A DNA stretch of 32,000 nt from positions 1 through 32,000 of the forward strand of contig JAFYVB010000006.1 in NCBI GenBank assembly GCA_017549335.1, read 5' to 3'. Positions 1 through 7,948 of this stretch are shown piece after piece. The translations under genes were made by a program, and so were the position numbers. The notes beneath the pieces were generated by a model that ran no database searches, was not told the DNA's origin, and worked only from the letters and a program-made list of their open reading frames with translations. The first letter of the stretch is position 1. Every line of letters starts with the position of its first letter. Source of the stretch: Clostridia bacterium (lineage in GTDB: Bacteria > Bacillota > Clostridia > Christensenellales > Aristaeellaceae).

Positions 1-1
1 A

Positions 2-178
2 ATCAGCGGAAAACTTATCGATTTTGCCAATCAATATGCCAAAAGCATTGGCTTCGATAAGACCTATATCCCAACAGAATTCATTGGGTTGTATGAAAAA
101 TATGGCTATTGCTATGTAAAAGACATAGTAAACTACGGAAACGGAATTGACCGTTTGTATGTCAGAGAAATAAAATAG
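2..178 (+). CDS. GNAT-type acetyltransferase, C-terminal fragment (gene starts left of the window)
   Basis: The frame is open from the window edge to TAG at 176-178. It is absent from the ORF track because it has no in-window start. The translation ISGKLIDFANQYAKSIGFDKTYIPTEFIGLYEKYGYCYVKDIVNYGNGIDRLYVREIK resembles the C-terminal helix/strand region of GNAT enzymes (..LYEKYGY..). GC is about 35% (63/180 by hand count) against mid/high-50s elsewhere. Confidence 0.5.
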   Translation: MSGKLIDFANQYAKSIGFDKTYIPTEFIGLYEKYGYCYVKDIVNYGNGIDRLYVREIK

Positions 179-243
179 ACTATTCATTAAATTCCAATTT
201 ATCAGGCAGATGAAAACGCTCCTGTCATTGGATATAAGCAAAC

Positions 244-281
244 GAGCATCCGGCTTTCACCGGATGCTCATTTGCTTTTTT
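244..281. terminator. Rho-independent terminator between convergent genes
   Basis: Perfect 10-bp stem GAGCATCCGG (244-253) / CCGGATGCTC (260-269) with a 6-nt loop, followed by ATTTGCTTTTTT on the plus strand. On the minus strand it is followed by a weaker GTTTGCTT tract, so it probably also ends the permease transcript. Confidence 0.7.
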
Positions 282-289
282 AGGCTTGC

Positions 290-1564
290 TTACGCATAAA
301 AGATCAGGAAGTAGAAATACGCCGGAATCACCGCTGCCAGCGTAAAGGGAATGCCGATGCGCATGAAGTCGCTGTTTTTAACGGTGTAGCCTTCCTTGCG
401 CAGGATGCCGATGCCCGTGATGTTGGCAGATGCGCCGATGGGCGTCAGGTTGCCGCCCAACGTTGCGCCGGAGAGCAGGCCGAAATAGAACAGCGTGGGA
501 TCCACGCCCATGGCTGCGGCGATCCCCTGCGTTACGGGCAGCATGGTGGCTACGTAGGGAATATTGTCAATGAAGGCAGAAAGCAGTACGCTCATCCACA
601 CGATCAGCGTATAGATGATAAATACGCTGCCGCCGCCGATCTTGGTGAACAGATTGGCTACTGCATCCACAACGCCCATTTCGGTAATGCCGCCCACCAC
701 CATGAACAGGCCGAACAGCAGCAAAATGGTCTGCAGATCGATCTCCTTCAGCGGCTCGATCAGCCCCTTGACGCTGCGCTTGCGGATCATGTTATAGAGG
801 ACGCCGATCACCATCAGGCTCACGCAGATGATGCCGTTGATCATCTCCGGCATACCGGGGAGAACGGACGCTACGATTAAAAGAACGACCGTGCCCAGCA
901 TCAGCACCGTGGGCACATAATCCGTTACCACCGTGCGCTGAGAGGCCTTGACGGGCTGAGAATCCTTGCGGAAGAGGATCAGCAGAAGACCTGCGGAAAG
1001 CAGCGCGCCCATTTCTACGGCAAAGAAGATGCCGGGCTTTCCCTGATACCAGAAGAAATCAAGGAAATTCATGCCGGCGTAGCCGCCCAGCAGAATGGAG
1101 GTGGTATCGCCCACCAGCGTGGCCGCGCCCTGCAGGTTGGAAGACACCGCAATGGCGATGATCATGCCCACCGGGCTGATCCCCAGCCGCTTGGCAATCG
1201 CCAGCGCAATGGGCGCGATCATCAGCACGGTAGCCACGTTATCAATGAAGGCCGATACAATGCCCGCAAACAGCGAAAGGGTGACGATCGCCCACTTGAC
1301 GTTGGGCACTTCTTCGATGATGATATCCGCCATCAGCGCGGGCATTTTGGATTCGATCATCAGCGCCACCGTGCCCATGGTGCCTGCAATCATCAGCAGC
1401 ACATTGAAATCCACATAGCCGATAGCCTTTTCAAAGGGCAGCATTCCGCTTGCAATGAACACCGCAGCCGAAGCAAGGGCGATCCACGGACGCCATTTGG
1501 AAAAAGCGAGCATCAACACATACGTTGCAACAAAGAGAAGCAGTGCGTACAGCATAGGAAACAT
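290..1564 (-). CDS. Ion-transporter (IT) superfamily permease, ArsB/NhaD/CitMHS-like; substrate unknown
   Basis: 424-aa ORF with ATG at 1564 preceded by AAAGGAAG. It is a very hydrophobic multi-pass protein. An internal duplicated motif, SAFIDNVATVLMIAP in the N-half and SAFIDNIPYVATMLP in the C-half, is typical of the paired re-entrant hairpins of IT-superfamily permeases. Confidence 0.8.
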   Translation of the reverse strand: MFPMLYALLLFVATYVLMLAFSKWRPWIALASAAVFIASGMLPFEKAIGYVDFNVLLMIAGTMGTVALMIESKMPALMADIIIEEVPNVKWAIVTLSLFAGIVSAFIDNVATVLMIAPIALAIAKRLGISPVGMIIAIAVSSNLQGAATLVGDTTSILLGGYAGMNFLDFFWYQGKPGIFFAVEMGALLSAGLLLILFRKDSQPVKASQRTVVTDYVPTVLMLGTVVLLIVASVLPGMPEMINGIICVSLMVIGVLYNMIRKRSVKGLIEPLKEIDLQTILLLFGLFMVVGGITEMGVVDAVANLFTKIGGGSVFIIYTLIVWMSVLLSAFIDNIPYVATMLPVTQGIAAAMGVDPTLFYFGLLSGATLGGNLTPIGASANITGIGILRKEGYTVKNSDFMRIGIPFTLAAVIPAYFYFLIFYA

Positions 1565-1758
1565 TTCTTCCTTTCATGGGGCAGAGAAATGTCCATCCCA
1601 TCACAGGCAGGCGCAATAAACGAAAAAAGCAGAGCTGCGATGCAGCTCTGCCCCGTTTTGCACAAAGAAAGCAGGTTTTCTCCCCGCCCGGCAATCGAGA
1701 TAAATCAAGGTCAAAGGACGCTTGATGACAGACTCCACCACTTATTTCGATCCCGTTT
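1565..1758 (-). promoter_or_regulatory. Structured 5' leader of the permease gene (candidate attenuator or riboswitch, class not recognised)
   Basis: About 190 nt lie between the predicted promoter and the ATG. In the minus sense it contains a long stem ATCGAAATAA...TTATCTCGAT enclosing the hairpin ATCAAG-CGTCCTTTGAC-CTTGAT. This is followed by an intrinsic terminator, and then CTCTGCCCC next to the RBS, which is complementary to the GGGGCAGAG 5' arm of the terminator. Confidence 0.45.
1622..1654 (-). terminator. Intrinsic terminator inside the 5' leader (attenuator)
   Basis: Minus-sense sequence GGG-GCAGAGCTGC-ATC-GCAGCTCTGC-TTTTTT. The stems are at 1642-1651 and 1629-1638 and the U-run is at 1623-1628. 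It lies upstream of the permease start codon rather than downstream of a gene. Confidence 0.65.
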
Positions 1759-1787
1759 ATCATATCACCCCTGATGCCCGCTGTCAA
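1759..1787 (-). promoter_or_regulatory. Sigma-A type promoter for the permease leader
   Basis: Minus-sense TTGACA (1787-1782), a 17-nt spacer, then TATGAT (1764-1759). Confidence 0.6.
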
Positions 1788-1804
1788 CCGGCAGTTGCCG
1801 TTTC

Positions 1805-1840
1805 AAAGAAAAAAACGCTTCGCCGTCAAGCGAAGCGTTT
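1805..1840 (-). terminator. Rho-independent terminator of the LPXTG gene
   Basis: Stem AACGCTTCGC (1814-1823) / GCGAAGCGTT (1830-1839) with a 6-nt loop, followed on the minus strand by a T-run (plus-strand A-run 1807-1815). It sits 14 nt after the stop codon at 1854. Confidence 0.75.
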
Positions 1841-1853
1841 GTTGAAATGCGGA

Positions 1854-2825
1854 TCAGCGCACAGCCTTCTTGCGCAGAGTGATCAGCGCAGCGCCGGCCA
1901 TGAGCAGCATGCCCATCCACAGCATGAGGTTCGCACCGTCGCCGGTTTCGGGCAGTGCGATATCCTCTTCGGGTTCGACTTCGGGATCCTGGTCGGGGTC
2001 AACTTCGGGAACCTTGGTGGGATCGGGATTGACCTTCAGCTCGAAGTTAGCGCTGGTGGCAGACAGGTTCACGTCATTGGTCACGATGCAGTAGTAGGAG
2101 CTGTCATCATCATCCATGTCCGCAGTGAAGGAATACTCAGGGCCCGTAACACCGGCAACCAGCGTACCGTTGCGGTACCAAGCATAAGTCAGAGGACGCC
2201 AGTCCTTCGTTTCCACGGTGAGGGTAACGGTCTCGCCTTCCATCACTTCTTCCTTTACGGTTTCCGTGGGAGAAATGATCTTGGGATGCTTGGCAACGAT
2301 GATCTCGGTTTCGGTATCCTTGATTAGAACGCTGTTTTCGCCCAGAATGAAATCGTTGCCCGTCATAACGGGATTACCGGTGATCACGGCGTCGTGCAGG
2401 ATCACCGTGCCGCTATTGGCAATGGCAACGGAAGCCGCGCCGCTGCCCTGCGCCTCATAAAAGCCGCCGTCAATGACCAGCGTGTTATTTGCATCTATCT
2501 GGATCAGAGGGAATTCCCAAGCATCCGGAGTGTTGGTCAGCTTACCGTAACCGGTGCAATCAACGAAAGACGACGTACCGTGCTGAATGCGGCAGCAGGC
2601 CTGTCCGTACAGAATGGTAGCCGTATTTCCGTGGAGACAGAAAATGCCATTGTTGGCCAGACCAAAGGGACCGTAGGACCAATCCTTACTGATGAAATCA
2701 TGCAAGTTATTGGAGCCAACAGCAGTACCGGTTCCATAATCGTATCCGTCCGCGCAGGGGCACTCGGCCATGGCACAGCCCATACCCAGCATAAGTACGA
2801 TCAGCAAATCAATCAGTTTTTTCAT
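1854..2825 (-). CDS. LPXTG-anchored cell-surface protein with an Ig-like module
   Basis: ATG at 2825 with GAGGAG 8 nt upstream; the track start at 2831 is a GTG two codons earlier. Signal peptide MKKLIDLLIVLMLGMGCAMA. Ig-like pattern YAWYRNG...DSSYYCIVTN...ELKV. Acidic Pro-rich stalk PEVDPDQDPEVEPEED. LPETG is followed by a hydrophobic segment and an RKKAVR tail. Confidence 0.85.
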   Translation of the reverse strand: MKKLIDLLIVLMLGMGCAMAECPCADGYDYGTGTAVGSNNLHDFISKDWSYGPFGLANNGIFCLHGNTATILYGQACCRIQHGTSSFVDCTGYGKLTNTPDAWEFPLIQIDANNTLVIDGGFYEAQGSGAASVAIANSGTVILHDAVITGNPVMTGNDFILGENSVLIKDTETEIIVAKHPKIISPTETVKEEVMEGETVTLTVETKDWRPLTYAWYRNGTLVAGVTGPEYSFTADMDDDDSSYYCIVTNDVNLSATSANFELKVNPDPTKVPEVDPDQDPEVEPEEDIALPETGDGANLMLWMGMLLMAGAALITLRKKAVR

Positions 2826-2913
2826 TTGCACGTCTCCTCATCTGCAAATTCTTATTTGAATACACAGTAGATTTTATATCTTTCTCAAATAAAGTGCAAG
2901 GGCTTCTTCTCCC

Positions 2914-3750
2914 TCATCGCGCCTGCGAACATAATTTTTCCGCTGATTTTTTATTTTTGGGCATCACAACGCGAATTTCCACCGCACTGTCATATTCGCT
3001 TATTTCACATTTGGCGTCGATGCCCGTATCCCGCAGCTGATCCACGATCCCGCGGATGGCATTGATATACAGCCTGTGATCGCGCACCAGCGATATCACC
3101 CGCCGAGAGGGCGAGGGCAGCGGCAGCCTTTCCAATGCCTTGGCCACCAGCTCTTCGGTCTTTTGCACGGAGAGCTTTTGCATGATAGCCTGCTGGCAGA
3201 TACGCAGCCGCACGGACTCACCGGGCAGCGGCAAAAGCGCCCGTGCATGCCGCTCGCTGAGCTGATTTTCGATGATCAGCTCCCGCACCGGTTCTTCCAG
3301 CTTCAGCAGACGCAGACGGTTATTGACCGCGCCCGCGCTTTTTCCCAGCATACGCGAAAGCATCTCCTGGGTCATACCTTTTTCGCACAGCCGCGCATAG
3401 GCCTGCGCCTCTTCAAAAAAATGCAGATCGCGCCGCTGCATGTTTTCAACCAGCGCAAACAAAGCGCTTTCCTCATCATCTGCCGGCAGCACAAAGGCTT
3501 CGATATGGGTATGCCCCAGCAGCCTGCAGGCACGGCAGCGTCTTTCTCCCATGATCAATTCATATTCCTCGCCGCAGGGGCGCACGGTAACGGGCTGCAA
3601 AAGCCCGTTCTGACGGATCGACGCTGCCAGTTCCATCAGCGCAAACTCATCAAATTCCACCCGCGGCTGCAACGAATTGGGTCTTATGCTACTCAGGGGC
3701 AGCCAGCACAGCTGCCTCCCGGCGGTACGGATCTTTTTTTGTGTCTGCAT
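2914..3750 (-). CDS. ParB/Noc-family DNA-binding protein (Noc-like)
   Basis: 278 aa with ATG at 3750 and GCGGAGG upstream. It has a ParB N-terminal domain with the arginine patch MGERRCRA (GERRxRA) and an HTH region (MLSRMLGKSAGAVNNRLRLLKL). By recollection, the C-terminus RDHRLYINAIRGIVDQLRDTGIDAKCEISEYDSAVEIRVVMPK resembles the Noc/YyaA C-terminal region. The gene lies directly downstream of rsmG, as noc does in Bacillus. Confidence 0.75.
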   Translation of the reverse strand: MQTQKKIRTAGRQLCWLPLSSIRPNSLQPRVEFDEFALMELAASIRQNGLLQPVTVRPCGEEYELIMGERRCRACRLLGHTHIEAFVLPADDEESALFALVENMQRRDLHFFEEAQAYARLCEKGMTQEMLSRMLGKSAGAVNNRLRLLKLEEPVRELIIENQLSERHARALLPLPGESVRLRICQQAIMQKLSVQKTEELVAKALERLPLPSPSRRVISLVRDHRLYINAIRGIVDQLRDTGIDAKCEISEYDSAVEIRVVMPKNKKSAEKLCSQAR

Positions 3751-3845
3751 GGGCGCCTCCGCTTTATGCGGACGCGCGGCGCTTTCCCTGCAGCCTCCCT
3801 CTGCGGCAAGGTCGGCAGCCGCACGCCCTTGCCTTTGATTTCTAT

Positions 3846-3879
3846 ATAAAAATCCGGTCTCCTGCAGGGGAGACCGGAT
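3846..3879 (-). terminator. Rho-independent terminator after rsmG
   Basis: Stem TCCGGTCTCC (3853-3862) / GGAGACCGGA (3869-3878) with a 6-nt loop. On the minus strand it is followed by TTTTT (plus-strand A-run 3847-3852). Confidence 0.8.
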
Positions 3880-3903
3880 AACCGTTCGCCATAAAACGAC
3901 GCA

Positions 3904-4641
3904 TTATTTCTTTTTCTTATTCTCTTCAGGAGCGATTCTCAGCGGTTCTTTGGAGGGGGTGCCGGATTTTCGCGGATAGCGTCGAGCGGTTGGCTGTATT
4001 TTTTTAACGGGCTGTATATAGTGTTCACGCCCTTCGATGGGCAGGCGGACAAGCTCTTCCGCCTTGCCGCCCAGGATCTCGGCAGCCTTTTTGCCCGCTT
4101 CGATCTCATCCTTTACGGCAGGGCCCTTCCAGCAAAGCGCATAGCCCCCCGTTTTCACATAGGGTACCAGATACTCGCACAGCACGTTCAAAGGCGCCAC
4201 AGCACGGGCCACAGCAATGTCCATGGTTTCACGCAATGCGCCGCGGGCGCCGTCTTCAGCGCGGGCATGAAGCACCGTCACATTGGAAAGAGACAGCTTT
4301 TCGCACACGGCGGAGAGAAAATCACAGCGCTTGCGCTGGGCGTCCAGCAGCGTGACCTGAAGATCAGGGCGCGCAATCGCCAGCATCATGCCGGGAAAGC
4401 CCGCGCCCGTGCCCACGTCAATCAGCTTCGCGCCCGGCTTGAACCACTGATCGTTGGCAAGGGGCAAAAGCGAATCGGCATAGTGCCGCAGCGCCATTTC
4501 TTCCTCGGGAACGTTGGTTAAATCCATCTTTTCGTTCCATTCCAGCAGCAGCGCATGATAGCCCATCAGTCTCTCGCAGGCAGCGTCATCCAGCGTGAGC
4601 TTGCCGTCAAGCAGCGCTTTGAGCTGTTCCAAAACCGTCAT
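3904..4641 (-). CDS. rsmG: 16S rRNA (guanine527-N7)-methyltransferase RsmG (GidB)
   Basis: 245 aa. SAM-binding motif LIDVGTGAGFPG and the Firmicutes-type basic C-terminal tail (RRYPRKSGTPSKEPL). The ATG directly abuts the holA stop codon (TAAATG), with GGAGGGG upstream. Confidence 0.9.
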   Translation of the reverse strand: MTVLEQLKALLDGKLTLDDAACERLMGYHALLLEWNEKMDLTNVPEEEMALRHYADSLLPLANDQWFKPGAKLIDVGTGAGFPGMMLAIARPDLQVTLLDAQRKRCDFLSAVCEKLSLSNVTVLHARAEDGARGALRETMDIAVARAVAPLNVLCEYLVPYVKTGGYALCWKGPAVKDEIEAGKKAAEILGGKAEELVRLPIEGREHYIQPVKKIQPTARRYPRKSGTPSKEPLRIAPEENKKKK

Positions 4642-5670
4642 TTATTTCCCCTCCGCGCGGATCTTCAGCAGCTGCAGCATCGCTTTTCCCAGCGCTCCGC
4701 TTGCCGCGCACTGTCCGCTTTTTACTTGATATTCGGTATCCATACACACGTCTGCCATTTTTTTCAGCTGATGCTCGGTGTACTGGGTAACCAGCTGATT
4801 GAGCTGCCGCACCGCAAAGGGCGGCGCCGCGATCTTGCTTGCAATCATATCCGGCGACATTCCCGCCATGCGCAGAAGCTTCACCGAAAGCATACGGCGG
4901 CATTCACCCTGCAAAAGCGCCAGCAGGTAAAGCTCCTCTTCGCCATCCTTGATCAGCGCGTCAGACAGCGTAAATGCATTTTTCGCATCACCGCGCACCA
5001 ACGCAGCTGTCATATCATACACCCGGTACGCCACCGTCTTTACGCAGATGCTGTCGATATCGCCGTCCGTGATCTCCTCGCGATCGCCGGCATAGGCAGC
5101 CAATTTTTGCAGTTCGCCGCCAATGGCATACAAATCGGTGCCCGCAGTAAAAATCAGCTTCTGACAAGTGGCGGCGCTGATCTTTTTGCCCAGTTTTTTC
5201 AGCGACTGCGCGATCCAGCGGGTCATTTCCGGCTCTTTCAGGGGATCAAACTGCACCAGAACAGCCGTTTTTTTCAGCGCCTGATACAGCTTTTTGCGAC
5301 CGTCTGCCTTATCGCGCACATAAAACACAATGCAGGCGGTATCGGGCGGATTTTTCAGATACTCGCTTAATTCCTGCGCACTTTTGGCTTCGTCATATTC
5401 CTTGGCCTTGCCCTGCAGCATGCCGCTTTCGCGGATGATGACCAGACGCTTGTCCGCCATAAAAGGCAGCGTTTCGGCGGAGGCGATCACCTGATTGGCG
5501 TCAGGATCCTTAAGACGCGCCTCATTCATATCCGCCAGTCCTTCGGGCAGCAGTTTTTCGCGCAGGGCATCCAGCGCCGAGCGCTTAATATACTCCTCCG
5601 CGCCTTCAAACACATAGCAGGAGGCCACGTTCCCTTTTTTCAGTTCATCAAAAAATGCGCGATGATCCAT
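4642..5670 (-). CDS. holA: DNA polymerase III delta subunit
   Basis: 342 aa with AAGGAG upstream of the ATG at 5670. The N-terminus (..CYVFEGAEEYIKRSALDAL..) and the length fit HolA. It lies immediately downstream of comEC, the same synteny as in Bacillus. Confidence 0.85.
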   Translation of the reverse strand: MDHRAFFDELKKGNVASCYVFEGAEEYIKRSALDALREKLLPEGLADMNEARLKDPDANQVIASAETLPFMADKRLVIIRESGMLQGKAKEYDEAKSAQELSEYLKNPPDTACIVFYVRDKADGRKKLYQALKKTAVLVQFDPLKEPEMTRWIAQSLKKLGKKISAATCQKLIFTAGTDLYAIGGELQKLAAYAGDREEITDGDIDSICVKTVAYRVYDMTAALVRGDAKNAFTLSDALIKDGEEELYLLALLQGECRRMLSVKLLRMAGMSPDMIASKIAAPPFAVRQLNQLVTQYTEHQLKKMADVCMDTEYQVKSGQCAASGALGKAMLQLLKIRAEGK

Positions 5671-5679
5671 CCGTTCTCC

Positions 5680-7947
5680 TTATCGGATATATCCCTGAAG
5701 GGAATATCCCTTTTCCCGCACGGTCACAGTCAACGCACCGTGCTTATCCGTATCATATACCATTGCGCCCGCATTCGCAAGCCTTGAATATGTTTTTTCA
5801 TTCAATGCATTGCAGCTGACGATAGCCGTCCCGGGCCTGACTGCGTTGAGAAAGTCTTCTTTTGAACTGTTTTGCGAGCCGTGATGGGCAACCCTGAGAA
5901 TTTCCGCAGGGATCGCGCAGTACTTTTCATAGGTTCCCGTCACGTCGCTCATGTGCAGAATATCGGTATCCCCCATGCTGATCAAAAGTGCCAGCGCGCA
6001 GTCATTGGCATCTTTGAGCGCATGCCCTGTCCCCTCAAGGGGCCAAAGCACCCTGATCTTTGTACGGGCGGTAGTGATCTCATCCCCTTCGCTGATTTCA
6101 TGAACGGCGATGCCACGCTCCCGTGCCATGTCCAGCAGTGCAAGAATATGTTCCGACGTCTGCGTTTTCAGCGCCTCCGTGGACAGATAAATACAGCCGA
6201 TGGGCACGTGATCCTTCAGCAAATATTCAAGTCCCAACGCGTGATCGGTATGCAAATGCGTAAGGATGATTTGATCCGCCCGTCGGCCCTCCGCCAGAAG
6301 ATAATTGCTCAGATCGCTGCCGTATTCTCCCGTATCGATGATCACCGTTTCATCGCCGTCCAGCAGCACGGCGGCATCGGCATCGCCCATGGAAAACTGA
6401 ATATAGCGCACGTTGCTATTGTAGCTGCAAAGCAAAACAGCCATGGACAAGACAAACGCGGAGGCCCCCGTCAGAATGCGTCTTTTGCCGCTCATGCGGA
6501 TATAACGGGTACAAAGCAGCAGACACAGAATGATAGCCGCCGCCAGATACCAGGCAGGCGTTGGAACCGGTGTGCTTGCCCACGAAATGCTGCCCGCTTT
6601 GCCCACGCCCTCCGTCACAAACCGTGAAAGATGGGCGATCACTTCGCCTGCCTCCACAGCAAAGGGCAGGGACAGGAAGCTCACCGCCAGCAGAAATATT
6701 TCCGACAGCAGCAGGAGTTCTGTCATCAGGCAGACAGCGGGATTCACAAGCAGCCCCATCAGCGAAAAGCTGTTATAGGTACAGATCACAGGCAGCGCTG
6801 CGCCAAGGGCGGCACAGAGCGCAACGGAATAGGCATATATAACCTTGCGCAGCCCCTCGCGGCGAATGCGTCCGATTCCCCTGCGCAGCGCATCTCCCAG
6901 CAAAATCATGCCCAGCACCGCACCGAAAGACATTTGAAAGCCTGCGTCAAAAAGCTGCAGCGGGTGAAACAAAAGAATGATCAATGCTCCCAGCGAGCAT
7001 CCGGTAACTGCATCCCACCGTCTGCGCGCAACACGGGCGTACAGCTGATATCCAGCCAGCACCCCTGCCCTGATCACAGGCGCTTTCGCGCCCGTCAAAA
7101 GGCTATATGGAACAAGCAGCAGGAAAACCGCTGCCAGCATGACCCACGGCGGTGCGTACATCCGGTCCAGCAGCCAAATCATAAGCCCCACGATCAGCAT
7201 CACGTGCAGTCCCGATACGCTCAGCACGTGTGCCACGCCCGCTCTGCGGAAGCCCTCCCGCATTTCGTCGGGAATATCCCGTACATTGCCGATCAGCAGC
7301 GCTTTCGCCAGGGGCGACTGATCCTTAAGCAGCAGATCAAGACGCTGCTCAAGCCACAATCGCACACGCAAAAAGACATCCCGATGCGTCGTTTGGCCGG
7401 CAGGCAGCCGAACCATATTTTCAGCGCCGGACACCCCTGCCTGCACGCCTTTTTGCAGCAGGTACAGCTTAAAATCAAAGCCGTGGGGATTTCTTTTCCC
7501 CTCAGGATGATAAAGCTTTCCGTCAAACATCACCCTTTGTCCGTCAAAGAGCGGCGTTCCCTCTTCCTCCGGCCAATACGTCCAATACAGGCCGTTTAAT
7601 GTATATTCGCTGCCGCTTTCACTGCGCAGCTTTGCATCCTTGAGATACAGCGCAATGCGCCCGTCCGTTTCGCGGATCGTTGCTTCCCCCTGTACGCGGG
7701 CATTGACGGTATATTTTCCTTCGGGCGGCAAAGCAGGATGCGCAGCCCGGCAGCACAGTGTAATTCCCAGAAAGAAAAAGAAGATCGGGACAAAGTACCG
7801 GCAGCGCGTTATCCCTATGCCCAGCAGCGCCGCAAACGAAGCAACTGCATAAATCAGCGGCGTTTCCAGCCTGATCCCCAGAAAAATGCCCGCGGCAATC
7901 GCCAGCGCACAATGCGCCAACCATCTTCGCGGACACTTCTTTTGCAT
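5680..7947 (-). CDS. comEC: DNA internalisation competence protein ComEC/Rec2
   Basis: 755 aa. It is a multi-pass membrane protein with the competence-domain signature GVAHVLSVSGLHV and a C-terminal metallo-beta-lactamase domain (ILTHLHTDHALG). GAGGTG lies upstream of the ATG. Confidence 0.9.
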   Translation of the reverse strand: MQKKCPRRWLAHCALAIAAGIFLGIRLETPLIYAVASFAALLGIGITRCRYFVPIFFFFLGITLCCRAAHPALPPEGKYTVNARVQGEATIRETDGRIALYLKDAKLRSESGSEYTLNGLYWTYWPEEEGTPLFDGQRVMFDGKLYHPEGKRNPHGFDFKLYLLQKGVQAGVSGAENMVRLPAGQTTHRDVFLRVRLWLEQRLDLLLKDQSPLAKALLIGNVRDIPDEMREGFRRAGVAHVLSVSGLHVMLIVGLMIWLLDRMYAPPWVMLAAVFLLLVPYSLLTGAKAPVIRAGVLAGYQLYARVARRRWDAVTGCSLGALIILLFHPLQLFDAGFQMSFGAVLGMILLGDALRRGIGRIRREGLRKVIYAYSVALCAALGAALPVICTYNSFSLMGLLVNPAVCLMTELLLLSEIFLLAVSFLSLPFAVEAGEVIAHLSRFVTEGVGKAGSISWASTPVPTPAWYLAAAIILCLLLCTRYIRMSGKRRILTGASAFVLSMAVLLCSYNSNVRYIQFSMGDADAAVLLDGDETVIIDTGEYGSDLSNYLLAEGRRADQIILTHLHTDHALGLEYLLKDHVPIGCIYLSTEALKTQTSEHILALLDMARERGIAVHEISEGDEITTARTKIRVLWPLEGTGHALKDANDCALALLISMGDTDILHMSDVTGTYEKYCAIPAEILRVAHHGSQNSSKEDFLNAVRPGTAIVSCNALNEKTYSRLANAGAMVYDTDKHGALTVTVREKGYSLQGYIR

Positions 7948-7948
7948 T

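Noticed and set aside
1733-1741. A T-box-like GTGGTGGAG element in the permease leader
   Set aside because: It is about 90 nt from the terminator rather than forming its antiterminator. It does not match GGGTGGNACCGCG, the leader is too short, and it lacks specifier-loop and AGAGA features.
1431-2327. ORFs 1431-1787(-), 1589-1774(+) and 1722-2327(+) in and around the permease leader
   Set aside because: The 118-aa minus ORF starts upstream of the predicted -10 box, runs through the leader terminator and overlaps the permease out of frame. The plus-strand ORFs are antisense to the leader or the LPXTG gene. None has an SD.
3076-7599. Plus-strand ORFs 3076-3849, 4021-4521, 4555-5370, 5872-6627 and 6631-7599
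   Set aside because: They lie antisense to the Noc-like gene, rsmG, holA and comEC. Their translations are rich in R/H/Q and have no motifs or start context. The sense genes are well supported.
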